Position numbers and translations under genes: made by a program. A stretch of DNA of 64,000 nucleotides from an uncultured Eubacteriales bacterium (GTDB lineage Bacteria > Bacillota > Clostridia > Oscillospirales > CAG-272). Positions 61,817-64,000 of the stretch are shown here, piece after piece (the stretch's first letter is position 1; each line of letters starts with the position of its first letter). The stretch covers positions 14,658 to 78,657 of the forward strand of contig CAKXXW010000004.1 in the NCBI GenBank assembly GCA_934378145.1, read 5' to 3'. Under the pieces are notes generated by a model, which ran no database searches, had not been told where the DNA came from, and was given only the letters and a program-made list of their open reading frames with translations.

Positions 61817-62320
61817 ATGAAATCAATGAAAAGAGTATTGGTGTTCATAGCACTCATTGCTCTCGTTATGTCTCTTCTGTCTGTGACCTGCTTTGCGGAT
61901 GCCGAAACGCCCGAGGCTTCGGGAACTACGGCTGAAACTCCCGCCGATTCGGGAAGCACAACCGAAGCGTCCGGAGATTCGGAAACTAAGGCTCCGGATA
62001 CCACCGCGGGTGACAGCAAAAATGAGACGAAGCCCGGAGATTCGATACTCTGGACTATCATCCCGCTCGGCGTGGTCCTTGTTGCCGTCGCCGTGTGCGC
62101 CGTGATATTCTTCGGAATTCCCAAGAGACGCGAAAAGACTCTCAAGTTCCTTCGCAGTCTCAAGAGCGAATGGAAGAAGATCTCGTGGTACAGCTGGAAG
62201 CAGACATGGAAGGGAACCGCTGTCGTTATCGTCATTTCGCTGGTGATAGCGATCCTTGTCGGGATCCTTGACTATGTCCTCACACGCGGTATCAGCGCGC
62301 TTACCGACCTGCTCAAGTGA
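61817..62320 (+). CDS. secE: preprotein translocase subunit SecE with a long N-terminal extension
   Basis: The C-terminal core is LKSEWKKISWYSWKQTWKGTAVVIVISLVIAILVGILDYVL. The gene lies between rpmG and nusG. The N-terminal 100 aa or so add two hydrophobic segments and an S/T/E/P-rich linker. Confidence 0.8.
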   Translation: MKSMKRVLVFIALIALVMSLLSVTCFADAETPEASGTTAETPADSGSTTEASGDSETKAPDTTAGDSKNETKPGDSILWTIIPLGVVLVAVAVCAVIFFGIPKRREKTLKFLRSLKSEWKKISWYSWKQTWKGTAVVIVISLVIAILVGILDYVLTRGISALTDLLK

Positions 62321-62333
62321 TAAGGAACGAGTA

Positions 62334-62879
62334 ATGAGCGATATAAATGAAATGAATGTAGGGCCGAGATGGTATGTGGCGCACACCTATTCGGGCTACG
62401 AAAACAAGGTCAAGGCAAGCCTTGAGAAGGTTATCGAAAACCGCGGACTTGAGCATCTTATATACGATATCAGGATCCCGGTAGAGACGACCGTCGAAAA
62501 GGGAAGCGACGGAAACGCCGACAAGATCGTGGAAACGAAGATATTCCCCGGTTATGTCCTTGTCAAAATGACCATGACCGATGAGAGCTGGCACGCCGTC
62601 AGAAACATCAGCGGCGTTACGGGCTTTGTCGGACCCGGGTCAAGACCTACTCCGCTTTCGGAGGAGGATGTTGAGGCTCTCAACATCGAAGAAAGAAAAG
62701 TCAAAGCGGCATTCAGCGTCGGAGACAATGTAACGATCACCGACGGTCTGTTCTCCGGATATTCGGGAACCGTTCAGGCGGTGTCCGAGGATCTCAAGAC
62801 AGTCACCGTTCTCGTGAAGCGCGGTCGTCGCGATATGCCCGTCGAGCTTGACGCCGCAATGGTCAGGCGCGACAACTAA
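62334..62879 (+). CDS. nusG: transcription termination/antitermination factor NusG
   Basis: RWYVAHTYSGYENKV (NGN domain), FPGYVLVKM, and a KOW motif (VGDNVTITDGLFSGYSGTV). Confidence 0.93.
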   Translation: MSDINEMNVGPRWYVAHTYSGYENKVKASLEKVIENRGLEHLIYDIRIPVETTVEKGSDGNADKIVETKIFPGYVLVKMTMTDESWHAVRNISGVTGFVGPGSRPTPLSEEDVEALNIEERKVKAAFSVGDNVTITDGLFSGYSGTVQAVSEDLKTVTVLVKRGRRDMPVELDAAMVRRDN

Positions 62880-62970
62880 TCACATCAGAAGCGGCAGAGT
62901 GCCGCAAACAGTGGGAGGGAGAAAATTTCACTGATTCTCCCGTATAAACCACATTGGAGGTAATTCAGAA

Positions 62971-63396
62971 ATGGCAAAGAAAGTTTTAGGCTATATCAAG
63001 CTGCAGCTGCCCGCCGGTAAGGCGACTCCGCAGCCTCCGGTAGGACCCGCGCTCGGACAGTACGGTGTTGCTATCCCGGTTTTCACAAAGGAATTCAACG
63101 AAAGAACAAAGAATGACATCGGTCTTATCATCCCCGTAGTCATCACAGTTTACGCCGACCGTTCCTTCACCTTCATCACGAAGACTCCTCCGGCAGCCGT
63201 TCTTATCAAGAAATATGCCGGAATCGAGACCGCTTCCGCGACCCCGAACAAGACAAAGGTCGCAAAGCTGACGAAGGATCAGGTAAGAAAGATCGCCGAA
63301 ACGAAGATGCCCGACCTTAACGCGGCATCCATCGAAGCGGCAATGAGCATGGTCGCCGGAACCGCCCGCAGCATGGGCGTCACCGTCGAGGACTGA
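62971..63396 (+). CDS. rplK: 50S ribosomal protein L11
   Basis: [33 protein letters not shown]... Confidence 0.95.
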   Translation: MAKKVLGYIKLQLPAGKATPQPPVGPALGQYGVAIPVFTKEFNERTKNDIGLIIPVVITVYADRSFTFITKTPPAAVLIKKYAGIETASATPNKTKVAKLTKDQVRKIAETKMPDLNAASIEAAMSMVAGTARSMGVTVED

Positions 63397-63410
63397 GGAG
63401 GTAGCGAGAG

Positions 63411-64000
63411 ATGAAAAAGGGTAAGAATTATCAGGACAGCGCAAAGCTTCTCGAAAAGGGCAAGCTTTACGATCCCGCAGAAGCACTCGCACTCGTATGC
63501 CAGACCTCGAAGGCAAAGTTCGACGAGACCGTTGAGGTCCATGTCCGTCTCGGTGTCGACTCGCGTCACGCCGATCAGCAGGTAAGAGGCGCCGTCGTCC
63601 TTCCCAATGGTACAGGTAAGAAGGTACGCGTCCTCGTCTTCACGAAGGGCGACAAGGTACAGGCAGCTCTCGACGCGGGCGCGGAATACGCCGGCGGTCC
63701 CGAGTACGCCGAGAAGATCCAGAAAGAGAACTGGTTCGACTTCGATGTAGTTATCGCAAGCCCCGATATGATGCCGGTCATCGGTCGTCTCGGCCGTGTA
63801 CTCGGTCCTAAGGGACTTATGCCTAACCCGAAGGCGGGTACCGTCACTCCCGATGTTGCAAGAGCCGTTAAGGAAGCCAAGGAAGGTAAGATCGAATACC
63901 GCCTTGACAAGAGCAACATCATCCACTGCCCGATAGGCAAGGCTTCCTTCGGCGCAGAGAAGCTCACCGAGAACTTCAACACGCTCCTCGGAGCTATCAT
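63411..64000 (+). CDS. rplA: 50S ribosomal protein L1 (5' part; runs off the right window edge)
   Basis: GGAGG precedes the ATG at 63411. The protein reads [29 protein letters not shown]...[13 protein letters not shown]...[15 protein letters not shown]. Confidence 0.93.
   Translation, partial: MKKGKNYQDSAKLLEKGKLYDPAEALALVCQTSKAKFDETVEVHVRLGVDSRHADQQVRGAVVLPNGTGKKVRVLVFTKGDKVQAALDAGAEYAGGPEYAEKIQKENWFDFDVVIASPDMMPVIGRLGRVLGPKGLMPNPKAGTVTPDVARAVKEAKEGKIEYRLDKSNIIHCPIGKASFGAEKLTENFNTLLGAI

Overview
This 64-kb window looks like chromosome from a sporulating Clostridia-type Firmicute. It carries spoVT and spoVB, strong GGAGG ribosome-binding sites, and an rpmG-secE-nusG-rplK-rplA cluster at the right end. 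Most of it is ordinary housekeeping or carbohydrate and cell-surface DNA. Identified genes include tdk, topB, an MsmX/MalK-like ABC ATPase, tex, a pseudouridine synthase, pfkA, coaW, rqcH, a rubredoxin and a THUMP methyltransferase. There is also an AraC-controlled operon and two paralogous cassettes that each pair a solute-binding protein with a GLUG surface protein. The main finding is a lower-GC segment of about 14 kb (about 15.9-30.15 kb). My spot counts of single 60-nt lines give about 40-52% GC inside it and about 52-62% outside. It starts with a tyrosine integrase and contains one tightly packed, co-directional gene array: a transglutaminase-like Cys peptidase, a GrpE-like protein, a short Hsp70, a 982-aa protein with two HPD-less J-like domains plus a double zinc ribbon and a beta-sandwich array, a zinc-ribbon GTPase, an 862-aa GAP1-like protein, a small membrane protein, a second membrane-anchored zinc-ribbon GTPase, and a site-2-protease-like HExxH membrane metalloprotease. 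I read this as a mobile, chaperone-coupled GTPase system that has not been characterised experimentally. It is a candidate conflict or defence module. Smaller observations are listed below:
- A roughly 175-nt structured 5' leader closed by a perfect 22-bp stem.
- A well-formed 40-codon mini-gene.
- Two interrupted genes (one in-frame TGA, one frameshift).
- A REP-like hairpin and repeat cluster.
- A shared Cys-containing C-terminal anchor motif on two surface proteins.
- A low-GC mosaic segment next to a lone tRNA(CAU).
- A catalytically degenerate M23 protein.
- An unusually long SecE.
I saw no rRNA genes or CRISPR arrays. All functional calls rest on motif recognition by eye, because I could not run any searches.
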